This document shows, piece by piece, positions 9,855 to 19,367 of a stretch of 37,414 nt of DNA. A program made the position numbers and the translations under genes. This DNA comes from Candidatus Bathyarchaeia archaeon (GTDB lineage: Archaea > Thermoproteota > Bathyarchaeia > Bathyarchaeales > Bathycorpusculaceae). A model generated the notes under the pieces. That model was not told the DNA's origin. It saw only the letters and a program-made list of their open reading frames with translations, and made no database searches. Where the stretch lies: assembly GCA_037481775.1 (NCBI GenBank), contig JBBFKZ010000006.1, positions 42,787 to 80,200 on the forward strand, given 5' to 3'. Numbering within the stretch: the stretch's first letter is position 1; each line of letters opens with the position of its first letter.

Positions 9855-9989
9855 ATATTTAATTAAAAAGCATGGAAAAAGAGAACTGAACCAGGCAATT
9901 TTCCTTTTCCAGCTATTGATTTTTGCAATGCTTTTGCAAACTAGTAAATGAGAACTGAAAATAGAATAAGGAAAGGGGAAGGCTTATGC

Positions 9990-11156
9990 CTATGGCCTTA
10001 GTGCTTTCCGCAGTTCTTCTGCCTTGTCTGTGTATTCCCATGTGAAGTCAGGGTCATCTCTTCCGAAATGACCGAAGACAGCGGTTTTCCGGTATATCGG
10101 CCGGAGCAAGCGCAAGTGCTCTATAATCGCTTTAGGTCGCATGTCAAAGTGCTTCTTCACCAGCTTCAGAATCTCGTCGTCAGGCAGTTTTCCAGTGTCG
10201 AACGTGTTCACGAACACGGATACGGGTTGTGCTAGGCCGATGGCGTAGGCTATTTGCACCTCGCATTCGTCTGCTAGGCCTGAGGCAACTATGTTCTTGG
10301 CAATGTATCTGGACATGTAACTGCCTGATCTGTCCACTTTTGACGGGTCTTTGCCTGAGAAGCATCCGCCGCCGTGGCTTCCGAAGCCGCCGTAGGTGTC
10401 CACGATTATTTTCCGTCCAGTCAAGCCTGAATCCGCTAGGGTTCCACCGATCACGAATCGTCCTGTGCCGTTAACGATGTATTTTGTTTCTGAAGTTAAC
10501 ATTTCTGGTGGAATAATGGCCTTGACCACGTGGTTAACTACATCTTCTCTTACTTTTGCCTCGTCAACTTCCTCGGTGTGCTGTGCAGCGATGACTACGG
10601 TGTGCACTCTTACGGGTTTTCCATCACAATATTCCACTGTAACCTGCGATTTGCAGTCTGGCCGCAGATAAGGCAGGATTTTCTGTTTTCTGCAGTCTGA
10701 CAGCCTTTTGACTAGCTTGTGCGCAAGCATTATCGGCATGGGCATCAGCTCCTTTGTCTCGTTAGTGGCGTAGCCGAACATCATTCCCTGGTCTCCAGCG
10801 CCCTGCTCATGTGTCTCGGTTTCGTTAACGCCCATTGCGATGTCCGGCGACTGCTCCTCTAGGGAAACTAGGATGCCGCAGGTTTCCCAGTCCAGCCCGT
10901 CTTTGGCGTTGTCGAATCCGATTTCGCGGAGTGTGTTTCTGACGATTCTGGGTATTGACACGTAGCAGGATGTTGTGACCTGGCCGGTAACTATAACGTT
11001 CCCTTGCATCACCAGTGTTTCGCAGTCAACCCTTGCTTTGGGGTCTTTTGCTATGATTGCGTCCAGAACACTATCAGAAATTTGGTCGGCAACTTTGTCG
11101 GGGTGCCCCTCGCCCACTGATTCTGAAGTAAACAAGTATTTCCCTTTTCGTCTCAT
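9990..11156 (-). CDS. metK: S-adenosylmethionine synthetase, bacterial/eukaryotic type
   Basis: [56 protein letters not shown]. Confidence 0.97.
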   Translation of the reverse strand: MRRKGKYLFTSESVGEGHPDKVADQISDSVLDAIIAKDPKARVDCETLVMQGNVIVTGQVTTSCYVSIPRIVRNTLREIGFDNAKDGLDWETCGILVSLEEQSPDIAMGVNETETHEQGAGDQGMMFGYATNETKELMPMPIMLAHKLVKRLSDCRKQKILPYLRPDCKSQVTVEYCDGKPVRVHTVVIAAQHTEEVDEAKVREDVVNHVVKAIIPPEMLTSETKYIVNGTGRFVIGGTLADSGLTGRKIIVDTYGGFGSHGGGCFSGKDPSKVDRSGSYMSRYIAKNIVASGLADECEVQIAYAIGLAQPVSVFVNTFDTGKLPDDEILKLVKKHFDMRPKAIIEHLRLLRPIYRKTAVFGHFGRDDPDFTWEYTDKAEELRKALRP

Positions 11157-11326
11157 AGGAACACTTCATTAAATCTACAACTGAGCGTTTTAATAACCTA
11201 CCCTTTTTCTTAAAAGGCTTTCTGCATTCTCAAGTAAAAGCAAACAAACTATCGCTTACATTCCGTTTAATATCCAAAAGTAATTTTAGGCCTCTATACA
11301 AAAATGAGGCTTCGGAGCGCTGAACT

Positions 11327-11704
11327 ATGAAACAAGTCATCCAAACCGAAAATGCGCCTAAACCTGTAGGCTCATACAGCCAAGCAATAAAAGCGGGAAA
11401 TTTCCTGTTTATTTCAGGACAGCTAGCCGTAGACCCAAAAGAAGGCAAAATGATTGACGGAGACGTTAAAGCACAGACCGCACAGGTCATGCGGAACATC
11501 AAAGCAATATTAAACGCTGCCGGCTACGACATAAATGATGTAGTGCAGGTTACTGTTTACCTTTCATCCATCTCGCTTTTCAGCGAATTCAACAGTGAAT
11601 ACTCAAAATACTTCGGAAAAGCGCCGCCAGCACGAGTCACTGCTGGAGTAGAGCTTATGCGTGGTGCCCTTGTCGAAATTTCCGCCATAGCATACAAAGA
11701 ATGA
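11327..11704 (+). CDS. ridA: RidA/YjgF reactive enamine/imine deaminase
   Basis: [28 protein letters not shown]. Confidence 0.92.
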   Translation: MKQVIQTENAPKPVGSYSQAIKAGNFLFISGQLAVDPKEGKMIDGDVKAQTAQVMRNIKAILNAAGYDINDVVQVTVYLSSISLFSEFNSEYSKYFGKAPPARVTAGVELMRGALVEISAIAYKE

Positions 11705-11856
11705 AATATATGATGAAGGAGATTTTTGATACAATAAAAAGTTTGAGAAGAAACTGAACATTGAGATATGCCTCAAACATGCGGCTAAGCTTCGTCTGCT
11801 TGTTAGTATACGCTTAAATGGCTGGGCGCGCACTCAGTATTTAGGTAGATGCAAGC

Positions 11857-12117
11857 ATGACTGAGTCAACGGAAAAATTACCCATCTCTGAATTCTACAA
11901 GGTTATCGATTACGTTACGATTTTTAAGAGTGGCAAATGGTGGGAAGCCATTGTAGTCTATGAAGCTGCTGGAAGGCGTTCAATTGGGCTTTATCTTTGG
12001 GAAAACAGGAACAACACTTGGAAGCGAAAAAACAAGTTCAGCATAAGAAACATAGACGAATGGAACAAAGTCAAAAACGCGGTAGAGCAGCTTGCCACCA
12101 AACTATCCCAGAAATAA
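11857..12117 (+). CDS. Small conserved hypothetical protein, possible PC4-like nucleic-acid-binding fold
   Basis: 86 aa; aromatic/basic beta-strands followed by a C-terminal helix (LYLW..WKRKNKFSI..EW..VK); AGGT upstream. Confidence 0.7.
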   Translation: MTESTEKLPISEFYKVIDYVTIFKSGKWWEAIVVYEAAGRRSIGLYLWENRNNTWKRKNKFSIRNIDEWNKVKNAVEQLATKLSQK

Positions 12118-12232
12118 CGGCAAGTTGACAGAGTCAAATGCCCACGTGCAAGCTTAAGTTTACACTGTAACGCTTCAGCAGTCATAAATTATAATAATTA
12201 GCCACTTTAAATAAGGGTATGTGGCGCCAATT

Positions 12233-12859
12233 ATGACCTCACAGCTGAAAAGTTTTATTGAAAGTCTGGCCAGCCCCAAAGGCCCAGGGCCGTCAACCAC
12301 GTTTTCCATGTTTCACATTTTTGCGGCCTTGGAGCTTATGGCTAAGAGGCCGATTGGCCGCAATAAGCTAGCTAAGAAATTAAACGTGGGTGATGGGGCC
12401 GTCCGCACGATAATAAGCCGCCTTAAAGATGCAGGTTTAATCGTAACTTTAAGAGAAGGCTGTAAGCTTACAAGTGAGGGGCTTAGCGTCTGGAAGAGTC
12501 TTGAAGAAGTTTTCCCCGTGCGAGTTGAGATAGAGCGAACACAGTTAACAACTTCGGAGTATAATTATGCTTTTCTAGTCAAGAATAGGGGGCATAAAGT
12601 GAAGTCTGGCATAGAACAGCGGGATGCCGCCATAATGGGCGGCGCGAAACGCGCGCTTGTCATAGTCTGCAAAAACGGCAACTTAGCCATTGAATCCGTA
12701 AGCGACAGTATAGAGAAAGATTTCCCTGATGCAGCAAGAAAAATTCTCCAAGCCCTCAAGCCTGAAAGCAACGATGTCATAATAATTGCTGGTGCTGATA
12801 GCCCTCTTAAGGCAAAGCGCGGCGCCTTCGCTGCAAGCTGGGTGCTATTAGGCGACTAA
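12233..12859 (+). CDS. DUF4443-like protein: N-terminal winged HTH plus GAD-like C-terminal domain
   Basis: IGRNKLAKKLNVGDGAVRTIISRL wHTH, GIEQRDAAI.GGA motif. ATG 12233 lies downstream of TTTAAATA (the ORF track starts at GTG 12221). Confidence 0.8.
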   Translation: MTSQLKSFIESLASPKGPGPSTTFSMFHIFAALELMAKRPIGRNKLAKKLNVGDGAVRTIISRLKDAGLIVTLREGCKLTSEGLSVWKSLEEVFPVRVEIERTQLTTSEYNYAFLVKNRGHKVKSGIEQRDAAIMGGAKRALVIVCKNGNLAIESVSDSIEKDFPDAARKILQALKPESNDVIIIAGADSPLKAKRGAFAASWVLLGD

Positions 12860-12887
12860 AGGCGGAAATCGCGGCTGTGCGGCGGGA

Positions 12888-13649
12888 TTAGTAAGTGTAT
12901 TTGTCACCGCCGACGAGTATCCGCTCCAACGCCATATTGAAGTTTATGAAACCGTCGTTTGTTTTGGCTGAAACTGGCATCAGTGTGAATTTTAGGCCAA
13001 GCTGGCTTATCGCGCGCATCATGTTTCTACTGAAGAGACGCTTCATGTCTTCCAGTTTTTGTTCAATTGCATATTCTAAAGCTTTCGGATTGACTGACCA
13101 ATCAATGATTTTATCAACCTCATTTTGTGGAAGTAAATCACATTTAGAAAGCAGATGTAGTTGCGGCTGGAAAAAACGGTTATACACCGCCGCGGAGAGA
13201 AACATGTTGGAGACGTAATTGAGTGGATTAACAGAGAAAACAGCATCGAATAGATAAACCAATGCTTTAGGCTCTTTTGTAAGCTCGTTCACAATGTAGG
13301 GGCCGCTGGCTCTGAAGGCGAAAAGCTCCATCTGCCCAGGAGTATCTACTAAAACAATGTCCGCTTTTAATTCTTCCACCTCTTTTGTGATGTTTTCGAT
13401 TTCGTCGGCTATAAGATCTGCAGCCATTATCAAGGCGCCATTAGGGCCTAAACCATAATCCTCCATCAAGTTGCCGACGTCCACATAGTTTCGCACATCA
13501 ACATCCGGCGAATAGGGAAGCGTTAACGCGCCGGGATCCAAGTTCACGACGGCAATATCTTGCTTTGACATTTTAAGCCAATCGCTGAAGGCTGCTGTGA
13601 ACAGCGATTTACCAGAACCCGCAGTTCCAATTATGAACACAACAGGCAT
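12888..13649 (-). CDS. GPN-loop GTPase
   Basis: GTAGSGKS P-loop, NLDPG, LGPNG (GPN loop), DTPGQ.E, SK.DL, SAK. Confidence 0.95.
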   Translation of the reverse strand: MPVVFIIGTAGSGKSLFTAAFSDWLKMSKQDIAVVNLDPGALTLPYSPDVDVRNYVDVGNLMEDYGLGPNGALIMAADLIADEIENITKEVEELKADIVLVDTPGQMELFAFRASGPYIVNELTKEPKALVYLFDAVFSVNPLNYVSNMFLSAAVYNRFFQPQLHLLSKCDLLPQNEVDKIIDWSVNPKALEYAIEQKLEDMKRLFSRNMMRAISQLGLKFTLMPVSAKTNDGFINFNMALERILVGGDKYTY

Positions 13650-13832
13650 ATCTGCCTCTCCTTTTACTTGCTGCCTCTATAATTTTGAGGGTAATAACTT
13701 TTCTGCTACTGCTACTTAGTCATAGAATCTTCTCATGATAAAACTTTTGGAAGCATAGATTACTGTGTTTCCCCAGATAGCCCCTCTATAGGTTTCTGCA
13801 ATGAATCGCTAATAGCCGCCAAATATGACGCC

Positions 13833-13857
13833 GCAAGTGGAGAAGTGGGGCACTTGC
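13833..13857 (-). terminator. Hairpin immediately after the HMG-CoA reductase stop
   Basis: GCAAGTG-N11-CACTTGC perfect 7-bp inverted repeat about 5 nt beyond the stop; function not shown. Confidence 0.35.
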
Positions 13858-13862
13858 AAAGA

Positions 13863-15137
13863 TCACTTTTTAGTTTGCTTAAGCTCTTGAAGAATCTCTT
13901 TGGCTCGGTCGATGCGGATTTTTCGTTCCTTTACCATTCTTTCCGCTACTAAGTCGATTAGTTCGCCTTCTGCGCCTGCTGCTGCAGCGATGTTTCTGGC
14001 ATGAAGTGACATGTGCCCGCGCTGTATGCCCTCATGTGCCAATGCCCGAAGCGCAGCGAGGTTTTGGGCTAAACCCACAGCGGCCAACACTTCCGCGAAT
14101 TCATTGGCTGTTTTTACACCGAGGATTTTCACAGCGATTTTAGCGATGGGATGTGTTCGCACGGCGCCTCCTATAAGGCCCACAGCCATGGGAAGTTCAA
14201 TGAAGCCTTTAAGGTCGCCGTTCTCAGTTCTATCCCATCTAGAAAGCGAGGTGTATCTACCATTCAGCGCTGCATAAGCGTGGGCGCCGGCTTCCACAGC
14301 GCGGTGATCATTTCCTGTGGCGAGGACCACGGCGATTATGCCGTTTAAGGCACCTTTGTTATGCGTCGCCGCTCGATATGGGTCAGCAGCAGCGAAGGCA
14401 GAAGCGTTAACAATGCCGTCCACAACTTCTTCTCCGCCCAATGCCTCTTTTGGAACGGTGCACCATGCACGGGCAAGGCGTTTCACAGCTAAGTTGCTGA
14501 TTATCCGCAAGTAAACCCGGCCGCCTGTTACACGCTCTACCATAGGCGCCACTGCTTCCGCCATGGTGTTGACTGCGTTTGCGCCCATGGCGTCACGGCA
14601 GTCCACATGCAGCTCCACTATGAGCATAGATCCAACAGTGGTGCTGATGATTTTAGCGTCAAGGTCTTTTGCGCCACCGCCGGCTGAAACCAACACTGGG
14701 TCCTGCTCATTGGCTTTTCTCAGAATTTCCGCTTTTGCGTCCAAAATTCGCTGTCTGGCGGCTTCCGTGTCTTTGATGCCGACGACTTGTATTTGCCCAA
14801 TCATTATTGGCGGCGTGCTGCTTGTGTGGAAGCCTCCGCCTTCACGCACCATTTTAGCCGCGTAGCTGGCTGCAGCCACTACAGATGGCTCCTCGATGGC
14901 CATCGGAATCAAATAATCCTTATTGTTGATGAGGAAGTTAACGGCGATACCTAAGGGCAGGGGAAACGCGCCTATCACGTTTTCTATCATGCGGTCAGCT
15001 AATTCCAAAGGCAAAGCGCCGGTGTTCAGCAGCAACTTGCATTCCTCGTCGGATAGGGCTGCGAAATCTTTAACGAGCGCTAATCGTTCCTTCGGGCTGA
15101 GTTTATAGAAGCCTGAAATTGCAGATGATTTGTTCAT
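13863..15137 (-). CDS. mvaA: HMG-CoA reductase, class II (MvaA/degradative type)
   Basis: MIENVIG, EEPSVVAA, DAMGAN, ATHNKG, GIQRGHMSLH. ATG 15137 preferred over the ORF-track start at 15164. Confidence 0.93.
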   Translation of the reverse strand: MNKSSAISGFYKLSPKERLALVKDFAALSDEECKLLLNTGALPLELADRMIENVIGAFPLPLGIAVNFLINNKDYLIPMAIEEPSVVAAASYAAKMVREGGGFHTSSTPPIMIGQIQVVGIKDTEAARQRILDAKAEILRKANEQDPVLVSAGGGAKDLDAKIISTTVGSMLIVELHVDCRDAMGANAVNTMAEAVAPMVERVTGGRVYLRIISNLAVKRLARAWCTVPKEALGGEEVVDGIVNASAFAAADPYRAATHNKGALNGIIAVVLATGNDHRAVEAGAHAYAALNGRYTSLSRWDRTENGDLKGFIELPMAVGLIGGAVRTHPIAKIAVKILGVKTANEFAEVLAAVGLAQNLAALRALAHEGIQRGHMSLHARNIAAAAGAEGELIDLVAERMVKERKIRIDRAKEILQELKQTKK

Positions 15138-15282
15138 GGCTGTTTCACGCACGCTTCTGAACAAGAGTAACGTTAGCTTTTAAGTTTTAGCTGTCTGCAA
15201 AAGAAGTCCATTTGTTAAATTGGCCTCCAGTTTCTCTGATTCTACTGAAGCCATGAGCAAAGTAACCACCGTATTTTAACAG

Positions 15283-16275
15283 TTACCTCTTTCTTCCCGG
15301 CATGGCAACTGCGGGAATTCCAAGGCGGCGACTAATTTCTTTAGCCAAAGTTGCGCCGTGGCTTACGCGGTAGTTGTCTGTTATAACACGCTTAGGCTTA
15401 CAGCGCTCAACGTACTCAAGTAAGCCTTCAAAATCCGCGTGATCACTAAATGCAACCAAATGCTCCCGCTCACCAATCTGCCTACATGGCGAATGAAACT
15501 CCCAGCCGCTGACGCAAATGCGCGAGGCATTTAAACCCACACTGTTTCTGGCGTTCATATGGTAAAACGCTACGCACGGCAGGTTTTCATCCAGCAGCGT
15601 CTTTCCTTCCTTTGCGCTTGCCAGCGTCAAATTGCCCAGCCGCATTCCATGCTGTTCGCACACCTTAGAAACGCGAAAAACCATTTCAGGCATAACAAAC
15701 GGCACGCTCACATCAGCATTATGCAGCAGCTGCATGATCTCCTGAAGTTTACCGTAATAACCAAAAACGTAAACTGCGCCGTATCTGAGGTTTTTCTCAA
15801 CAAGTGAAATTAGCAGTTCCTTTACATCCAGCCCGAAAGAGCGTTTACACAAGGGGTTCCCATAAGTTGCCTCCACAACCATGACATCGCAATCCAACAG
15901 AGGCTCGGTTCCCTCTACCCGAAAGTCTCCCGTGTATGCAACCCGTGCGCCTGTCGAGTCCTCAACCAAAACTTGCGCGGCGCCTAAAATATGGTCTGCT
16001 TTGACAAGCGTGACCTGTTCGCCATCGTGCTTTAAGGTTTTTCCGTAATCCATTACTTCAACGGTGTTGCCGTTAATCGGGAGTGAACCATAGATGACTT
16101 CCACAAGATCACGTGTGGCTGCGGTCATCAAAACTTTTTTGCCGCTCCGCAGGCTTTTTCTTAAACCAGCTAGATGGTCTGCGTGCGCATGAGTGACCAC
16201 GTGGAATAGCCGGTCAGCATCAAACGCGTCGCAAGCAACTGAATTGCCCAGTAAAACCGCGCCAGCCTCGCTCAC
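15283..16275 (-). CDS. Metallo-beta-lactamase/beta-CASP family nuclease
   Basis: THAHADH (HxHxDH), DHILGA, YTGDF, EATYG, SDHAD. The true start may be CTG at 16290. Confidence 0.88.
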   Translation of the reverse strand: MSEAGAVLLGNSVACDAFDADRLFHVVTHAHADHLAGLRKSLRSGKKVLMTAATRDLVEVIYGSLPINGNTVEVMDYGKTLKHDGEQVTLVKADHILGAAQVLVEDSTGARVAYTGDFRVEGTEPLLDCDVMVVEATYGNPLCKRSFGLDVKELLISLVEKNLRYGAVYVFGYYGKLQEIMQLLHNADVSVPFVMPEMVFRVSKVCEQHGMRLGNLTLASAKEGKTLLDENLPCVAFYHMNARNSVGLNASRICVSGWEFHSPCRQIGEREHLVAFSDHADFEGLLEYVERCKPKRVITDNYRVSHGATLAKEISRRLGIPAVAMPGRKR

Positions 16276-16310
16276 AGAAGCCTTCGCCAGTTCACTTCTG
16301 CCTCCTGTTG

Positions 16311-16712
16311 CTAAGCGGTTCTGGGCGCAAGCCAGTCAATGAGCCGCCGCGGTTCATCGCATTCGATTGTAACTTTAATCGGGCCTAAGGGTGATTCTGC
16401 TTCTGCTTCGGAGAAAGAGATGTGCCCCGCAAATGCTGCCTGCTTGTTAAGGTAAAAGCTAATGGTCTGCTCGCGTATGGCTTCGAGAAGTGCTTTTCTT
16501 GCAGCGTCGCGGATGCGGTCTTGGCGGAGTAAGTCACGAAATTTTATAAGCGCTTCTTGTCCCTTCGCCTTAGCTTTTAACAAGCTTCCTTTGTAGGATG
16601 GCTTAATTTCGGTTGATAGATTGCCGAAGAGGTTCTCCACTGCTCTCTTCACTTTTTCTTCACTTTCTGTAAGGTTGATGCTTGTCTCGATGTTGACGGT
16701 TATCTCATCCAT
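16311..16712 (-). CDS. UPF0201/DUF54 putative RNA-binding protein
   Basis: TESEEKV..A..N.F, IRDAAR, LNKQAA..G, SPLGPI. Confidence 0.88.
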   Translation of the reverse strand: MDEITVNIETSINLTESEEKVKRAVENLFGNLSTEIKPSYKGSLLKAKAKGQEALIKFRDLLRQDRIRDAARKALLEAIREQTISFYLNKQAAFAGHISFSEAEAESPLGPIKVTIECDEPRRLIDWLAPRTA

Positions 16713-17266
16713 TTTTCTTCAATCATCCTCAATGTCTCTTTTACCTTGATGGCGGCGTCTTTTTTTTCATTCTCGTTTACTATCATGTACTCAGCCATGG
16801 CTATAGCGTTTCCTAAACCTACGCTGAGCTCGCGCATATCCCGCTCTTGGAAAAGTTCCCATCCATCGGGGTCATCGCTTCGGCGGCGACTGAAGAGGCG
16901 GTTAAACCGTGTTTCAGGTGAAGCGTGAACTGCGATAAGGCTGAATTTGGCGAAATGCCTCTTGAACGCGTCAACTTCGCTTAGGCTTCTGATGCCATCC
17001 ACGATAACTTTATTGCTTTTCTGCTGTTCAATCTTGGGAATGCACTTGTCCGCTATCACGCTTGGCCCGCCTTTTTCCCGTAGTTCAAGCATAACTTTGC
17101 CGACGTTCTCAGGCGTTAACGGCAAGCCGCACCTCCGCGTCTCCTCACGCACCACATCGCCCATAACCACAACTGCGTAGCCTATTGTCTGCGCAATTTC
17201 TGCAACTATAGATTTCCCAGCGCCCGGCATTCCTGTTAATCCAACAACAATTTTGTCAGCAGTCAT
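16700..17266 (-). CDS. UPF0200 P-loop nucleotide kinase (dephospho-CoA-kinase-like)
   Basis: GMPGAGKS, MGDVVREE, DGIRS..E, R.RSDD, RD.REL..GLG..IA.A. Confidence 0.88.
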   Translation of the reverse strand: MTADKIVVGLTGMPGAGKSIVAEIAQTIGYAVVVMGDVVREETRRCGLPLTPENVGKVMLELREKGGPSVIADKCIPKIEQQKSNKVIVDGIRSLSEVDAFKRHFAKFSLIAVHASPETRFNRLFSRRRSDDPDGWELFQERDMRELSVGLGNAIAMAEYMIVNENEKKDAAIKVKETLRMIEEKWMR

Positions 17267-17353
17267 GTTACACACGTTATTCGCTACAATAGCAGCACTT
17301 AGAATTAAAAAGCATTTATGCTTGGAAAATGTAAAAGTAGGGAAGGGAACGTC

Positions 17354-17923
17354 ATGTCTGAGTCTGTGAGAAGCTTCATAGCTTTTGATATTGAAAGCGC
17401 CGCTGTCCTAAGCAAGGTTGCAACAGCACAGAACCTGCTGGCACAAACGGGCGCAGACTTGAAGCTTGTAGAGCCGCAGAACATTCACATAACGCTTCGC
17501 TTTCTCGGTAATATAACATCTGCAATGGTTGAAAGAATTTTTGAGGAAATGAAGAAAATCCAGTTTACTCCTTTTAACGTGCAAATTAAGGGCTTAGGAG
17601 TTTTTCCTGACCTGCGCTATCCACGGGTTGTTTGGGCTGGAATAGCTGAAGGCGCAGAACAATTGAAAAGCATTTTCAGCCAGCTGGAACCACGCTTACG
17701 CAGTTTAGGCTTTGCCCCAGACGCTAAAGGTTTCAGTCCACACTTGACAATCGCTCGTGTGCGCTCAGGAAGAAACAAAGCGCAATTAGCCAAATTCATC
17801 ACCGAGAACGCGAGCTACGATTTCGGCCCGGTCGCCGCAAAGTGTTTACGGCTTAAAAAAAGCAATTTAACGCCTAAAGGTCCAATTTATTCAACGCTTA
17901 GAGAGGTTTGTTCCCAACAATAA
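17354..17923 (+). CDS. thpR: RNA 2',3'-cyclic phosphodiesterase (2H family)
   Basis: Two HxT motifs (HITLRFLG, PHLTIAR), R.FIA, PRVVWAG. ATG 17354 follows a GGAAGG SD. Confidence 0.93.
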   Translation: MSESVRSFIAFDIESAAVLSKVATAQNLLAQTGADLKLVEPQNIHITLRFLGNITSAMVERIFEEMKKIQFTPFNVQIKGLGVFPDLRYPRVVWAGIAEGAEQLKSIFSQLEPRLRSLGFAPDAKGFSPHLTIARVRSGRNKAQLAKFITENASYDFGPVAAKCLRLKKSNLTPKGPIYSTLREVCSQQ

Positions 17924-17927
17924 GGTA

Positions 17928-19367
17928 TTGACCATGCAGAAACTGGAAGCTGTTACGAGGGAAGTCTTGAAGAAAATTACGCCCACGCCAGAGGACAGAG
18001 TGAAAATGAAAGCGCTAGCTGAGGAGCTGCAGCAGAAGACAGCCCGTGCCTGCGAGGAGCATGGCGTCAAAGCTACCATTAGAGTTGAGGGCTCAATTGC
18101 TAAGGACACCTGGTTGCGTGAGGAGCCTGAAATCGACATCTTCCTGCGCTTGCCTACATCAGTGCCCCGACGGGAACTCGGCGAAATCGGATTGAAGATA
18201 GCACGGAGAGCCACTGAAGGCGCGAAACAGGTTGAGCGCTTCGCGGAGCACCCGTATTTGGAAGCGTTCGTTGACGATGTAAGAGTGAACATTGTTCCCT
18301 GCTATGAAGTGAAACAAGGCGAGTGGCGAAGCGCCACTGACAGAACACCCTTTCACACAGACTATGTGCAGAAGCACTTGGCGGAAAGCTTACGCGGCGA
18401 AGTACGCTTGCTCAAAAAGTTCCTGAAGGGCATCAACGCCTATGGAGCTGAGATAAAGACAGGCGGCTTCAGCGGTTACCTCTGCGAACTGTTGATACTT
18501 CATTACAAATCCTTCGCTGAAACTCTGCGTGCGTTCGCCGCCTATACGAAGCGGATAACAATAGACATTGAAGGCTATTATGCAGGTAGGCAGAATGAGC
18601 AAAGACTACTCTTTCCAGAGCCGCTGGTCGTAGTTGACCCAGTGGATAAAGGCAGAAACGTCGCGTCTGCTGTGCAACCGCAGAAACTTTTCACGCTAGT
18701 AGCTGCTTCACGCGCTTTCCTAAAAGCTCCAGATACAAATTTCTTCTATCCGCCGAAAACCAGCGCCTTGCCAGTTGAGGAACTAAGAAACAGGCTGGAG
18801 AACAGGGGAACCACGTTTATTTTTCTGATGCTTGAAAGAATCGAAGCGGTTCCCGACGTTTTATGGGGGCAGCTTTACAAGACGCAGAGGGCTCTGCATA
18901 AGCTGCTGGAACTTAACGACTTCAAACTCATCAGAGAAGCCGTCTGGAGCAACGAAAAATCGCTCAACGTGTTCGTTTTCGAGCTTGAGCAACGTTTTCT
19001 CTCAAAAGCCAAAAAACATTTGGGGCCTCCGCTGGAGCGAATGAAAGAATGTGAAGACTTCCTCGACAAATACACCAACGCAGACAGTGTAGTTTCTGGA
19101 CCCTACATTGAAGGCAACAGGTGGGTTGTAATGCTACACCGAAAATTCACAGACGCTGTAGAACTGCTAAGAGAGAAATTAAAAGACGGCGGAAGAAACG
19201 CAGGCGTCGCGGAGCTCATGGCAAAGTCATTCAGAGAAAAACTTGAAATCGTAGTCAACAGCGAAACAGTTGAGGCTTATCGGCGCAACAGAGATTTCGC
19301 TGAGTTCTTAACCAGCTTTCTCTCTGGCAAGCCTTTTTGGCTAGAAACCACCGAGGCTCAGCGCTAG
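17928..19367 (+). CDS. cca: Archaeal class I CCA-adding enzyme
   Basis: GSIAKDTWL..EIDIF, AEHPY, SATDRTPFH, GGFSGYLCELL, DPVD..RNVA, H.GPP. Confidence 0.96.
   Translation: MTMQKLEAVTREVLKKITPTPEDRVKMKALAEELQQKTARACEEHGVKATIRVEGSIAKDTWLREEPEIDIFLRLPTSVPRRELGEIGLKIARRATEGAKQVERFAEHPYLEAFVDDVRVNIVPCYEVKQGEWRSATDRTPFHTDYVQKHLAESLRGEVRLLKKFLKGINAYGAEIKTGGFSGYLCELLILHYKSFAETLRAFAAYTKRITIDIEGYYAGRQNEQRLLFPEPLVVVDPVDKGRNVASAVQPQKLFTLVAASRAFLKAPDTNFFYPPKTSALPVEELRNRLENRGTTFIFLMLERIEAVPDVLWGQLYKTQRALHKLLELNDFKLIREAVWSNEKSLNVFVFELEQRFLSKAKKHLGPPLERMKECEDFLDKYTNADSVVSGPYIEGNRWVVMLHRKFTDAVELLREKLKDGGRNAGVAELMAKSFREKLEIVVNSETVEAYRRNRDFAEFLTSFLSGKPFWLETTEAQR

Noticed and set aside
11710-11757. Possible C/D box sRNA (ATGATGA...TTGA...TTGAGA...CTGA)
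   Set aside because: The D guide would be only about 5 nt, the internal boxes are poor, there is no terminal stem, and the AT-rich context makes chance likely.
12119-12143. Bulged hairpin GGCA..TTGAC-AGA-GTCAA.TGCC after the 86-aa gene
   Set aside because: Short and imperfect; at most a terminator, with no evidence for an ncRNA.
19341-19367. Convergent 3' overlaps (cca/uppP 27 bp; purQ/pfkB 18 bp)
   Set aside because: Common in compact archaeal genomes; no sign of a special function.
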